From Klebsormidium nitens (Eukaryota; Plantae; Klebsormidiophyceae), in assembly GCA_000708835.1 (NCBI GenBank), contig DF237180.1, positions 1-64,000 on the forward strand: 64,000 nt of DNA. The letters run 5' to 3'. The position numbers and the translations under genes are program-made. Of the stretch, positions 37,093 through 50,400 are shown one piece after another. Under the pieces are notes generated by a model that did not search any database, was not told the origin of the DNA, and saw only the letters and a list, made by a program, of their open reading frames with translations. The first letter of the stretch is position 1. Every line of letters starts with the position of its first letter.

Positions 37093-40000
37093 ATGGCTGC
37101 CGTCCACGCAGTCCGGGCCAGCTCCTTGTCAGCAGGCGCTGCACGGGCGGTGACGGCAGCTTCCTCCTGCGCCGTCTCTCGCTCCACAGCTTGCAGAGCC
37201 GTTTTCAGCCGTGTTCCTGCCGCCCGCTCTGTTGCTCGGACGCCCACTTTCTTGGGAGGGGCCGCTAAGCTCCCGGTGGTCCAGGCGGTGAAGACTGCCA
37301 CCAGGCAGATCTGCAGCAGCACGATCAGATCCAAGTATGTTGTGAAGACGGAGGGCGCCCCCGACTCGCTCGAGTTCCGCGCTTTCATCCAGGATGACGA
37401 GGGCAACACGGTGCGTACATCCATTCTCATTCGTCTTTCTTAAGGTACCTCTGGTGTTGTCAGGGGTTGCTGTGCAGCTAGATTTGACTATAAACAAACA
37501 TGTCATTGGAACGATACCGATGTCATGGAGGCCACATTGCATCTCACTGGCAGATCTGGTGCAGCTTGAAAGAATGCACGTCTTGAAAACTGCAAGCTTG
37601 ATCACAGTCACCGTTGGTTATGGTGTAGAGCCAGGTTTTCGGAAGGACTTGAAAACATTACTTCTTGGTAGAGCCGTTTAACTGCAGGTAAAATGCTTTT
37701 AGCTCCTACAGATAAGGTGCTCATTGTTTCCCAGGAAAGTCAATGCTGACTGCTGAGTATGCTGCTCATCTAGAATGTGTTGATGTGAGTTCACCTGCTT
37801 CCCAGCAAAAATATCAGTTGTTAGAAGACACTAGTACTGTGGAAAAAGCAACCGGAGTTGAAAAGCAGCAGAAGCATGATGCGTAATATAGAACCTGTGG
37901 CCGTCACTCCTGAGGAAGTTGCCTTCCCTTGAAGGTCAATGTTGACCGCCACACTTGCGGCTGGCCACCTTGGAACCACTGTATTCAGTGGCTCATTTGG
38001 AGGTGGTGGTAGCAGTATCTTCTATGCAAGTATTGGGCTCCAATGAAGTTGTTTGCTGCATAAGTATTTTTGGACGAAGGGTGTTTTGGAGCACATGATG
38101 TGCACACGTCACTCTCTCACTACACGCTTGAGTGGAGTACATTGAAGGAGTACTTTCCTTATTCTGGTGGGACATTAATTGGTAAGTTGTCCACTGACTT
38201 TCAAACAAACTCTTTTTCAGGTCTCTCCGTGGCATGACATCCCACTCAAGGCTGGTGACGGCCTTTATAACTTCATCTGCGAGATCCCCAAGGAGACAAA
38301 AGCAAAGATGGAAGTAGCCACAGATGAGTCTAGCACTCCAATCAAGCAGGACACAAAGAAGGGCAAGCTGCGATTCTACCCGTGAGAGCTCGCGCCGTTC
38401 CCTGATTAAAACCCGTCGATTATGAGGCCTGAGCTGTCAGCCCTCGGCCAACCCTTGAGAGGCCTCTTTCAAGCTTGTCCCAGTCTCCATAGCTGGTAGT
38501 CTGTAAGAAATTCTTCTACCAAATGCCTTCTGCCACTTCGAGTGATTGCATAGACTCTTGACTTGCCATAGTAATATGTTGATTGCATATGCTGCATAAA
38601 TTATGAATCGACATCGACCTTAACACAAGCGTCGAATCTGAACTGCAGGTACAACATCAACTGGAATTACGGTATGCTGCCACAGACATGGGAAGACCCG
38701 TCCCATGCCAACCCTGATGTGAAGAACAGCCTGGGGGACAACGATCCGGGTGAGTTGGTAACAGCAAGTGTTGACTTTGTGTATTTGGAGGAGGCTCAAA
38801 ACTGGCACGCCTGAGCGAGCGATTCACATAACCGGGCAGAACGAGTCTCTGAGTGCCTGGAGGTTCTTTCACCTTGTCAAAGAATAGCTCCCTTTCGTTT
38901 CTTCCGTAGCAGTGGGGATGGAGATTTGTATACCACATCCAGCTTTTCACCCTCTCAGCTCGAGATAATCGGACCTGACATGCTGTTCTTGAGCAGATTG
39001 CACTGTGAAGCTTTGGGGCTCCACAAACTGCAATATGGCATGCTCTTATAACCTGGTCAGGTTGAGGGGACCAGATAGCCCTTGACGCATCTACTCAAAC
39101 GCGTGTCTTGCCTGGTGATCTTGGCTGATCCATGAAATTGTACCGCAGTGCTCGTTTTGAGTCGCCAATCTTTTCGTGTCCTTCGTTGTTTCGTCTATTC
39201 AATCTGGCATCGTACTGGACGCAATTTGTGCCACGAAACGCTGGATTTCTCGCATGTCTTTCACCAGATCAGCAGCTTGCTGTTGTCCAATCAGTGGTTA
39301 GTGGTCGCTGATCAATCAGAGCAGCAGAGCAGTGGTGCTGCGGAACTCGTACTGTCCAAACATTTTGTTCTGGAACACCCTATTCATTGTGCCGGGTATT
39401 CATTGTGCACCACCCCAGCTTGAACGAGCATCAAGGAGCGTAAAGAGCCCAACGGCCCAAATCATATCCTCGAATTGAAAAGCCAAGAGGAGTGAGGACG
39501 AGTCCCGCGAGTTTCAGTAACTGCTGAGCAAGGCTGAAGGAGCCTGGAAAGTCCCTATGAGGCCCCAAACCAGCCTGGAACCAGCCTGGAACCAGCCTGG
39601 AACCAGCCTGAAACCCGCCTGAAACCAGCCTGAAACCAGCCTGAAACCCGCCTGAAATCCGCCTGAAACCAGCCTGAAACCAGCCTGAAACCCGCCTGAA
39701 ACCCGCTCTCGTGCAGTTGACGTCGTGGAGATCAGCGACCGCGTGGCAGAGATTGGCGAGGTGTACGCAGTGAAGCCGCTGGCGGTGCTGGCCATGATCG
39801 ACGAGGGCGAGCTGGACTGGAAGGTGGTGGCTATCCGCGCGGACGACCCCAAGGCCGACAAGGTGTCCGACATCGAGGACGTCGAGCGCGAGTTCCCCGT
39901 GAGTGACCTCTTCTTTTGAAAGAACACTAAGAGTTCTCGGCAGCGGCATCTTGGCTTGCGATTAGGCATTGCGACAGCTTCAAAGTTGCTTGGTCGGTGG

Positions 40001-41110
40001 TTTGTGTAAGGCTCAAAGTGCTGATGCCGGTAAATGCTTACCGGGATGAAGCGTCCGGCGGCAGCGAAGCACAGCATAGCGTATTACTGCCCAGAGAAAG
40101 AAAAAGAACTCCGGCTGTAAAGCTGCATACGGGTACCGGTCCTCGTGATACTGTGTGGAAAGCGACGAAAGGAATGTTTCTGTCCGGGCGAGTGAATTGG
40201 TTAAGCTAGCTGCAGCTTTCTAGCTATCCGATCACACAATTCTCTGGCCGGGAATCCTTTTGATAGCTGGTCCCTGCCTGGATCAGTTTCCACTGCTAGA
40301 AACGGTTCGATCTGCTCCGTCAGAACATTGCTAGTTGTCAGCATCAATCTTCGAAAATATCAGCCAGCGTCTTGTAGCTCGCTGGGGCGCCAGCAAGTAG
40401 GAATACTTGATCATGCTTAACCCTGCCTGTCCGCCGCGCCTGAAGCGATTTGAATGGATTACAGTCAGCAAGAGTAGAGCGCCCTTGTATTTAGTTGGCT
40501 TAGAGTCAATGAAAGGGTTGCTTTGCTCCACAGGGGACCCTGGAGGCCATCCGCGTTTGGTTCAGGGACTACAAGACCCCCGACGGCAAGCCACAGAACG
40601 AGTTTGGCTTTGACGACAAGCCTCAGTCAGCTGTGAGTTGCCACACTGTTTACTTCGGCTAAACTGTTTACCTTTCAAATGCTCGTACACTAACCCATGT
40701 CATATACCAGTTTCTCGAAGTTCCTGATTTGGCTCTGACACTGCCCCGGCGCATTTCTATCCGCCTCATACTTCATTGGGTTGTGTCACAATCGAAGCGT
40801 TTTAAATACTGTCCACCCGAAACGCGCAGGATTTAATTGCTTTCAACTTTGTGATTGTCTCGGGAAAGGTATTCTACTTCACACATACCATGTGGAAGGA
40901 TGCCCCGAGCTGTTAGCAATCGAAACACGCGGCCACCATCTTCAAGGAACAGAAATTCTCCTCGGTTCTGGTTAAAACGCTGTTACGGCATCTCTCACTC
41001 TTGAGCTTCTCACGCAGGCCTATGCCAAGAAGGTCATCGAGGAGACCAACCAATTCTGGTCCAAGCTCGTGACGAGAGTGACGGATAAGGGTGACCTCTC
41101 TCTGGTTTAG
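37093..41110 (+). CDS. PPA6: Plastid soluble inorganic pyrophosphatase (family I, 317 aa, 6 exons) with an Ala/Ser/Arg-rich transit peptide
   Basis: join(37093-37410,38221-38381,38649-38749,39717-39898,40534-40632,41018-41110). Motifs VSPWHDIPL, EIPKETKAKMEV, NWNYGMLPQTWEDP, GDNDPVDVVEI, DEGELDWK, WFRDYKTPDGK. Confidence 0.97.
39567..39709. repeat. 11-bp minisatellite (RAACCMGCCTG) x12 plus a partial unit, in PPA intron 3
   Basis: Units AAACCAGCCTG / GAACCAGCCTG / AAACCCGCCTG, ending 7 nt before the exon start at 39717. Confidence 0.95.
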
Positions 41111-42150
41111 GTACTGCTTACGAATTGTATCATGAGGTAAAGATACTCAGAGCTTCTACAGAAGAGAAAACATAAGTACAGTCCCGGCCTGATTGTTTGT
41201 GGGAGCATTGTGCTGCAGCCTAAGAGTCAAACGATTTTGTCACTGAACAGGTTCAGTTGGATACTTCGATCTGTTGGTTTATTGACTTTGTTGCGTATTG
41301 GCGGCATGCACTTGAAGCACTTACGGTTTACCGTTGTCAGGATCTGGATGCGTTGATTGGTTGATGGCCTGCCCTACCGCAAAACTGGTTTCTAGTTCTG
41401 GCTGCCCCGCGGCCCTGATCGTCATGCCACATGCATGGAGATCAACATGCAGGCTTTGCAAAAAAGAGTTCATTAGTATACACCCATGCAGCGCTGGATC
41501 CATGCAATTTCGTACGTTCCTCCCGATCAGTAATTGAATTGGAAAGTGCAATGTTGAGGGCGTTGAATTCGGGCTGCCGCAGCTCACTGGTGTGCGCGTG
41601 TCGAGGCCCCGCAGCTACTGACATTTTCAACAGTCTTCTCTAGTCTTCGGGCTGCATATATGAGCAACCAATAATTGCTGTTTCAAGTGACATGACACAT
41701 CGCCCGTGTGTCCGGTGGGCCCGCATGCTAGTGTTATTTTGTGAATCCGCATGCAGCTGATGCAACTGAATCATGCATGGCCTTGACAATGGCCGACACA
41801 CGTTAGGCAGCCAACCACGCGAAGGCACAGAACTTGACTGACTGCTGTGTGGCCTGTAAACGACACGTCGTTTCAGCATTGGAAAAACGAGGCACGCAGT
41901 TAACATCAGTCGTAGTTAACATCTTGATTGTTTTGGAATGATGACAGTCTGCTGGGTGCTTTGCTGCTTACCAGATCTTGAACGAGGAAGCAAACCGTGG
42001 CAGGCCCGGCAGTTCCGAAATAATTCAGTCGTTTGACGGCCCAGCCCGCGCATGAGCGACTTCAACTCTGTACATGATGCACACACCTTGCTTTCACCGA
42101 AAGTCTCCTATACATGCATCCAGAATACGACCAAAAGCGTCGAAGTCCAT

Positions 42151-45100
42151 CTAGTCGAATCTCCTCCGCTTCGACCTGAGTTGGTCAAAGAAACCTCGGA
42201 TGTTTTCTTCGGTCACAGTGGCACCGGAGCGTGCAAATGGTGCCTGCATGACCGACATGCCAAGCGTCAGCCCTTGGACGATGCTTGTGCTCTTTGTTCG
42301 AGGCCGTCATACACTCGGCATAGAATAGAGACTCTGAAGTGGTATGCGAGAGCAGGATAAAAGCCGTTATCCAAGTTGGTCTGGGAAAGAAGCTACCCAG
42401 AAGCTTTTGGGCAAGATCTCTACATGCAGCAATGTCACAAACTCAACGTACAAAAATAGACCTTGCTCTTCACCAGAACTGTTGCCGTCACATATCAAAA
42501 TTGGCAACGAAAATTCCATGAGGTGCAGCAGGCTAAACGGAAATCCTTTTCGAAGCTTCTCAGATATAGTACTGCCGTCGTTACGCAGTGAACGGCGAGG
42601 CTTTCACGATGAGTACTTCCAAGCGAAAATACATTGAATGGAGGAGGAATAGAGACTGTGAAAGGACAGGTACTTGCGCAGGCGGGCCGCCATGTCTTGA
42701 AACACTTGGGCCACCTTGAGCAGCGTCGGACGTTCAAGTAAGAAACACAAAAAGCGACGAGAAAGAGACGAAGAAACAAAACCAGTACAGAATTGAAAGA
42801 TGCCACTTGGGCAGAAGAGCCTCGACCAGGCCGGCTGCCATGTCTTGGTACAACTAGATCATCAAATGACGTTGAAAAATAGAATAAAGAAAAGCCAAGA
42901 CAGGAAATGAGGAGAAACGTAAAGTTGGGGAAAAGAAAACTAAGGGAGCAAGGCCCACCAGGTACTCGCGCAGGCCGGCTGCCATATCGTGGTACCCCTG
43001 GATGACCTCCACCTGCTGCACCCGGGGCATGCTCCGCAGGAACCCGTCCAGCGACTCCTCCGCCGTGTCCGAGAGCGACCGGTTCTCCTCGCCACGGGCG
43101 CGCGCCTCCTCCTCATACGCAGCCACCGTGTCCCTCGGTTCAAGCAGGAACGTCACCCGGTTGGCCTCGTAAACACGCACGCACGCCGCGCACCGGCAGA
43201 GCTTCTGGCGCCAGTCACGAATGAGGAAGACCGCACGTTGGATGGGCTTTTGGCCCGGCTGAGGGGTGCGGGGACAGGTGTCAGATGCAGGCTCCTTCCG
43301 TTTCTCGCCCCTTGGTTTTGACGATCCCGGATTCCGGTGTCCGGATTCCGCCAGGTGCTGTCCGCTGCGACTCTCGTCCCCTCTCAGCAGCGCATTGAAC
43401 GCCGCAAAGGAAGTGCGCCTGGAGGGATCCCCCTGCGGATCCGGGGGGCCGTTTGCCCCAGAACTGCTACCACCGGAAGCGGCGTGCGGCCAGCCGAAGC
43501 TAGAGTTGCTGGCCGGGAAGGAAATGGACGCCGGGGTTTGGATCCGCGCAAGCTGAGCAACAAGGGCGGCCGCGGCTGCGGGCAGATTTGAACCGTTCGA
43601 TTGGCTGTCCGGAAGTTTCTGACCGTTTAGTTGACTCCCGGGCAGATCTTGACCGTCCAATTGGCTCTCTGGCAGGCCTAGTCGAGTATTTGACGCGGAG
43701 AGTATGCTTGCATCGTTTGGGCCCAACTCAACAACCTTCTCGACAGTTCCACCTCCTTCCGTAGGCTGAGGGCTGGTTACACCAGCGGTTTTGCTAGAGT
43801 CAGACGGGCTGCGAGAGGGGAGCTCGGGGGTGGTAAGAATAGGCTCCAGCTGCAGCTCGGGGTGTGCGGTCAGGAAGGGACAGCGGGTATTGGCACAGGC
43901 CTGGCATACCAGCTCGTCGAAGCTGGCCTCGTCGTTCTCGTTCGGAACCTGCACAAGGATTCGGCAAAAGTTAGTAAAGTCAGCGTCAGACTGAGGGTAT
44001 TCGTCCAATCCTGATGGTCCGGAAAGCTTGCCTCAAAGTGGCGATCTGGACACTGGACAACAGAGACACGGCATCCACTGGCTCCGGCTGGTGAAAAAAG
44101 TGCGAGGGTCGGCCAAAGCTTCGCCAGAGCGATTCGACGGCTCCGTATAACGCATGTCATCTGCTATCAAAACTGAAGCAAAGGAGCTGATTTCGAGACA
44201 TTCGCTTTTGTAAGGCACTGGTAGCGCTGGACACCGTGGTCGAGCGGGGCGTAAAACCTTCAATACATGACCTCGACAATTGAAAAGCGGCCCTGTCTGT
44301 ACTCGGCACTCGTACAGGTTTTCGGCAGACGAGCTTGGTTCTCAGGTTATCTCAAGAATCCTGCTGCCACGAATGTTTTGACACAATTCGAGGTGGCTGC
44401 AACTGGAAAAAGGTATCTGGAGCTTGTTTTCGGCAGATATAGAGCAGGGTTATTCTGCTATCAAAAATACAAATGCCTCAAGCAGACAGGTGCCAGACGC
44501 CGAAACTTCAGTGGATGACTCTGTCACTAACAGAGCACCAGAGGATGAGCGTTTCTTTTTACATACTTCGCTTTCTACTGCCTAACTGCTCGTCGGCTGC
44601 TTTGATGGAATGCTTCTGTCAACTTTACATCCATTCAACTCATCGCCCTGGCCTCATGACGGAGGAGCCAAAGGAAAAGAGAACGAAGAGTGGTTTGAAG
44701 TCCGTATCCCACCTCTTCCTCGTCCCTCAAGCCGAGGTGATCCTCATGTAGCCAGTCCTCGCAGACCACACACTGAAACATCGTCTCCCCCTCTTCGTCT
44801 CTCTCGGGGTCTGGATACGGGCGGTGGCACGTGCAGTATAGCCCAGTAAAGTTTTGGTTGTACAAGTTGCGCTCGTTGATGGGATCTTTGTCCGGCGCCA
44901 GCTTGCAGGCAAGGCCCGGGAACTTTGAGTTGCCGCAATCGCACCGGAAGCCGCGCTTCGTGTAGATTTCCAGCACCTGGCAAACATTCCGAAGTGACAG
45001 GGCGGTTGGACTTCAAAGATGGAGTAAGAAGGTAGTAAATCTGCGTGGGCAACCGCACTGGGTTGGAACCACAGACCTCGCAGTGGATTAGATGGAGAAA

Positions 45101-45950
45101 GAACTGGGGATGTCACTTTGAAGAGGATTGGGGATGCATTCAACAGGCAGCTTGTTGTCTGGGGATTCAAAACCAAGAGGTATTAAAAGGAAGTGGAATT
45201 GCAATGGAGTGCTGCATAGCGCATGAAGTAGGTTGCGACTAGAAATACAAGGGGGATGTCGCAAGTCGTTTGAAAACTAGAATACCGTTTCTGACCCGTT
45301 GCTGTGAAACTTGGAATCAACCGAGCTTCCAAGTTGGATCAATGAAAATATCGGGTTCGCATTGAAACAGATGGCTGTAGGCAGAAGACAGACCTTCTAG
45401 CAGCACCACCTTGGTCAACAAATAAGAAGCTCAAGATTCATCAAGCATATACCACACAGCATGGATGGAAGTGAGTACCTTCAAACTAGGATATGCGGGA
45501 TTTCTTAGCAGTACGCTCACTTCCTGCAAGGGCAGAGGGGGGAATGCAGCGGCTAACCTCATGGCCATCGTGGCAATTGATGGAGCACGCCAAGCAGAAG
45601 CCTGCTCCTCCTTGCGGGGTGCAAGTGACGCAGGCAAAGACTGCCTGGCGTGTGACGTAGCCCTTGGCGTATGTGCACTCTTTGCCGTCGTCGCCCCCCA
45701 AAACAAGGTTCGCCTCTTCTTCCTGCAGAAGAGTGACGCTTCTATCTGTGGTGTGATTTGCCTGCCAGTAGACATTTCTACCAGAGATCCACACAATCAA
45801 GGACGAAAATTTGTCCATAAAAGCGCTCAAAGCAGTGAGACATTGAAACAAATTGAAACACTTGGCAAGCTTGCCCACCTGAGCAGCCACTACTCTCTCG
45901 TATTCCTCAGCTGTGATGCCCTGGTCCGTGGTCTCTCCATTGGTGCTCAT
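42151..45950 (-). CDS. UBR7: UBR7-type E3 ligase/histone-binding protein (UBR-box plus PHD-like finger; ~527 aa, 5 exons)
   Basis: join(45950-45879,45722-45558,44976-44713,43948-42959,42243-42151), all phase 0. Motifs ECTYAKGYVTRQAVFAC, CLACSINCHDGHE, YTKRGFRCDCGNSKF, YNQNFTGLYCTCHRPYPDP, MFQCVVCEDWLH, WRQKLCRCAAC. An upstream ATG at 45980 is also possible. Confidence 0.93.
43580..43675 (-). repeat. Coding 30-nt tandem repeat x3 in UBR7 (LPESQLDGQD/LPGSQLNGQK/LPDSQSNGSN)
   Basis: Direct translation of exon 4. Confidence 0.8.
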
Positions 45951-47485
45951 CGTGTAACCTCCACCCCCCCCCCTGAACAATCATCCAAGTCAGGATTTGG
46001 TGAGGTTCTCATGTGCTTCTCCAAACTACTGAAATGTTTGTGATTGCCTAGGATAATTGTATACTGTCGAACAATCTCGCTGAGGGCACAACTTCTTGAT
46101 TTGAAAGTTTCATTCGGAAGGTGCTCTTTCACCTTCCTCCAAATTACTGACATGTTGCTGACAATGCATCCAGGATAATATCATGATTGATTACTGCAAA
46201 GTACCTCACAAAGTCCTGCAAATACCTGGCAGTGTTGCTGACGCTCAGGTCTAGACCAGAACTGGCCCACTAACGAGGGGCGCCGCCTGCAGTCTTGTTT
46301 GTCCCTGACTTCTTCAGGGCACTGAACGAAGGCCACCAAAACACTTGTGATACCTAAACCCTCTGCAGGACGTCAAATGGTGCGCCAATGTCAAGCAACG
46401 ATGATGGAACACCGTATCTGAGCTTGGGAAGCGCAAGGGAAAAGCCAAATGGAGTGGGCGCAACTGTCAAGATTGCATTTGCAGCATGGGACAATATTCA
46501 ATGGGAGATGTTTGCTGTCCAAGGCCAGCTGTTTCAAGCAGTGGCAGTGGCAGTGTTTGGAGCAATTTGGAGCGAAAACTCGGCAAGTGTAACGGGGATC
46601 GACGGCAATGTTTCGAACACGTAATGTGCATGGTAGAGACATGGAGGAGGTCGAAGGCCTGGTGCGGCCCAATTTGGCCGAAGAGGAGGACGGGACCAGC
46701 TAGGCCCTGCAGTGCTGCAGCTGCATTCAGCATTGCCCACATGAGCTGCTGCCATTGTTGGAGACGTGCTCTAGAACCGAAGAAGTCCTGTCTTCCTGCC
46801 AGGGTGTGAGATTGTAAAAGACAACGCGCAGCTAGGAAGCGTGGGGGGCCAAGTTTCTTATGGTTTTAAGGTTGGACGAGGACTTCTGATTTGCCCGCTT
46901 CGAAGTTGCCAGCAGCCAGGCCATCGGTGAAAGAGCTGACACAGAGCCGGTTAAGGACTGCAGGCGGATGCTTTCTGGCCCAAAGGCACGTAACCTTGAC
47001 AGAATCTTTTTCGAGGGTTTCCTTCTTGAAGGCGTTTCGCAAGTGTCGATCTCCTTCCTGGTGGAGAGGTCTTGCAGCAATGGCTGCATGACCAGCTGAT
47101 CTTGACGAGTACACTCCAGCTGCTTTCGCCTACTTTCTGCAGAAGCTTGACGCTGGACTTTCTTTCAAAGAGTTTGCTTCCTGAGAACGCTAAACGTTTA
47201 CCCCCAGGCAAATCCAATCCGTGCATGGCATTGCCCAGGTAGGCATCTTCTCTAAAACTCAGGAAATCCTGATTTGCAGCCCGCCACCTCATTATCTTAG
47301 TTGGTCTGGCTTGACTTCCTTTCCTAGTTGTTGCAGAAACCTTTGCAGAACATATACAGTCGGCAAGCGTCAAAGAAAGAAAGCACTCTGTGTGACCACC
47401 GACAGGCAACAACAGCCAAGCCCATACGATCCTGGTAAGAAGCTCACAGGTGAGTTTCTAGAATGATAGCGGGCCGCTTGCCACC

Positions 47486-50400
47486 ATGGCAAACAAAGGG
47501 TCAGAACCCCAAAGGCAATCTGCTGAAAGGGACCAAATCAGTCATCGAAAGCAAAGTCCAAGTGACAAACAGGTTCATTACAGAAACAGAGAAAGGGTGG
47601 AAATCTTAGGACAGGGGGGTCTGAGAAGTCCTGGTCCACACACCCTCGGCAGTGGTCTCGCACAACATGTGCATGCTGCTATTAGTAAGCAGAAAGAATC
47701 GACGCAGACGGCAATCGCAGCAGGTGGTGGAGCGAGGGCAAGCAATCCAAAGCCAGAGCACCGGCAAAAAGCGGGCGAGACTGGCGCTAAGATAATAGAA
47801 GCAAGTAAAGTGGACTTCAAAAGGGGCAGTCTAGCGGAAGGGAATCAGGCCATTGTGGGGCTGGGCCAAGGGATTCAGCAATCTGTAAAGAGGGGAGGGG
47901 AACACGGCCAGCTCCGTCAGGACGCGTCTGGGAGTCCGGAAGCAGAAGTGGGGCAGGAGGGACCTAGAGCGGGGACTGGTACAAACGAGGCAGAGGCAGA
48001 ACCTGCAGATGATGGTAAGTGCAGCCTTTGGACTACTGCTTTGACTTTCTGCGCAGGATTGATGTAAAGCGTTTCGGGCCAGCGATGGTGAACGCCAAGC
48101 CCTGAAGACAAGCACAGTCGAGGGATTGTGGACACCTGTTTGCTTCAATAGCACTTGGGTCAAAAAAGTGTCTCGTTGAGACCTGTTCCTATCGCGGTTG
48201 TCTTCTTGACTGAGGAGTACTGCCTGAAGGTGGAAAGATAATCTGAACAGCTGGATTTGTTCCTCAGTGTTCGTTGAAAGAATCATGATTGCTCATTCTT
48301 GACATAGTCACAGACATACGTGATACACTCTTCAGCTCTTTGTGGTGGAGGGGTAGAAAGCAAAAGGGCTGATAAGGGTGGGGGATGCCCTGTCCGTCAA
48401 ATGAGAAGCTAAGAACACCCCATCAAATGTGCCTACGTAACTGCGCCATGTTTGACATCGCGTCATACTACCTCTGCAGTGCCAGACGTCAAGAAGCTGG
48501 AGTTCGTGCGCAACCTGCTGAGCAAGGTGGAAGAGTGGAAGGCTGACAACCCTGGCAAGTCTCTCAAAGCCGATCAGCAGATTAAGCTGGGAGAGTGGCT
48601 CAAGCGGGAGCACTCGCTCCTCCGCCGCCTCGACATGCTGCCGTCCTCGCTGCAGCAGAACGGAACTGGGAAGGTGGCAGGGCCACAGGTTGTCAGCACT
48701 CCTCGTGCGACTGGCGCTCCAGAGTTTGCCAAACAGTCGCCCCGTGTGCAAGCCTCTTCAAACCTGGCGGCACCCACCTCTAGTTCACCGAAGCAGCCAC
48801 ACGGCACTCTTCCAGCGAGAGTGGACCCCTCTGAAGCGAGCCCTAAGCAGGTCTTCACGAGCAGGCAGCCTGATCACGCGAAGGCTGCTTCCACGAAGTC
48901 TGCGACTTCTTCGGCATCGCCCCAACTATCCAAGCCCCAAACCGCTAAGCCTCAGGCGCCCCGCTCACTGCTCCAGTCTGGCGCTTCTGCATACTCCCCC
49001 ACGAAGAAAGCTGACCCAGTCTCCCAGCAGTCTCTTTCCGCAAGGAAGATCGAAAGTGCCCCGCCCCCGCTGACCATGCCTCCTGTTCGCAGCGCGCCGC
49101 AGCCAATGGCGCTGACCAGTCCAACTCCCCAGCCCAGGATCTCCCTCTCAAGCAACGCGACCCCTGCAAAAGCCCCGCAGTCCTTCGCCCCGAAATCTGA
49201 CGGTCTAAAGGTTTCAGAGGTTCCTCAGGAGGACGGTCAAGCGTCTCGGACAAAGGTCGTCGGAGGTGGCGGCCCCTGGGCGGTTCTTGGCTTAGACGAC
49301 GACCTGGGCGTGTCGGAAGCGCTGCGCCTCTCACAAGCCCTTCAAGTGCGGGACAGCGACCCTTTTCTTGAGGCCGAGCGGCCTCCTCTGGCAACGGAAC
49401 GGAAGCCGGCGGAGGTCTCCAAGAAGGCCGGGCAGCCAGGAGCAGCTCATCAGGTTGCGACACTTTCCGGGCGGAAGGAGGTGCTTGGCACGAGCAACGG
49501 GCTGGGGGCAAGGGTGGACGACGTGAAGGCCAGGCTGGACGCACTTGCGGAGCGGAAGGGTCTCCGGTGGGTTCAGGAGGGCGGTAAAGTGGCGGTGGAG
49601 GTCAGGGAGCGGAAAGGTGGGGGCATGCCGGGGGAAAAGTCGGCTGCCTCAGATGAGGGTGTGAAAGAGCGGAGCGCGGCGAAGGGAACGGGTTGTCAAG
49701 TTGGTGCGGAAGGATTCAAGCCACAGAGCAGCTTGGAGGTGAGGATGCTTGTTGGCTCAGGGGGGACTGGGTCGATTCCTGAACCCCACGAGAAGGAGCC
49801 AAAGCAGAGCAGTTTGGAGGAAGGAAGGGTCGGTCTGGAAGAGAACGGGCCAGGGAGGGCTGGCAAAGCTCTCTTGGTTGAACCAGCGGGGCTTACTCGA
49901 AGCGTGGAGAAGAACGGCGAAGTTTTGACGGGTGTGGCAACGAGTCCCTCGAAGGGCACGGCAGTTGCGCTGGGCATTGAAGCGTGGGGCGGGCAGCGTC
50001 ACTTCATCTTGCAAGCAGCGAACTGTGTCTCCTCAGTTCCGGAAAGAAAGGACGCCGATGACGGGGCTGCAGGAGATTCTCCCGACTCGAGCAAGGAAAA
50101 CCGTGGGGAAAGAATTGTCTCGACGCCTGGGACAGGTGGTGCTTCCCCCGGTCCCTCGGAGAAAGGACAAAAACGGGGCGGAAAAGTGGCCAAGGGGGGT
50201 GACGATGTAAAGGGGCTTGTGCAGTGTGACGAGTGCGGAAAGCTCCGGATCCTGAGGCGGGAGGGCCTTGCCTTGCGGGAGGAGCTCAATGCCAGGGACT
50301 GGTGGACGTGCGACATGGCGGGGGGCGGGGCATCGTGCGAAGACCCCGAGGATGCGGGCGTCGATGCGCTCAACTTCTTGAAGCCGAAAGATGGAGGGGC

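Noticed and set aside
39431-40077. 172- and 187-aa minus-strand ORFs with GFQAGFRLVS repeats
   Set aside because: Produced by the stop-free 11-bp minisatellite plus the antisense of PPA exon 4.
46180-47450. Separate small gene between UBR7 and EDM2-like
   Set aside because: Several short ORFs on both strands, but no phase-consistent exon chain or motif; may include 5' UTR or extra upstream exons.
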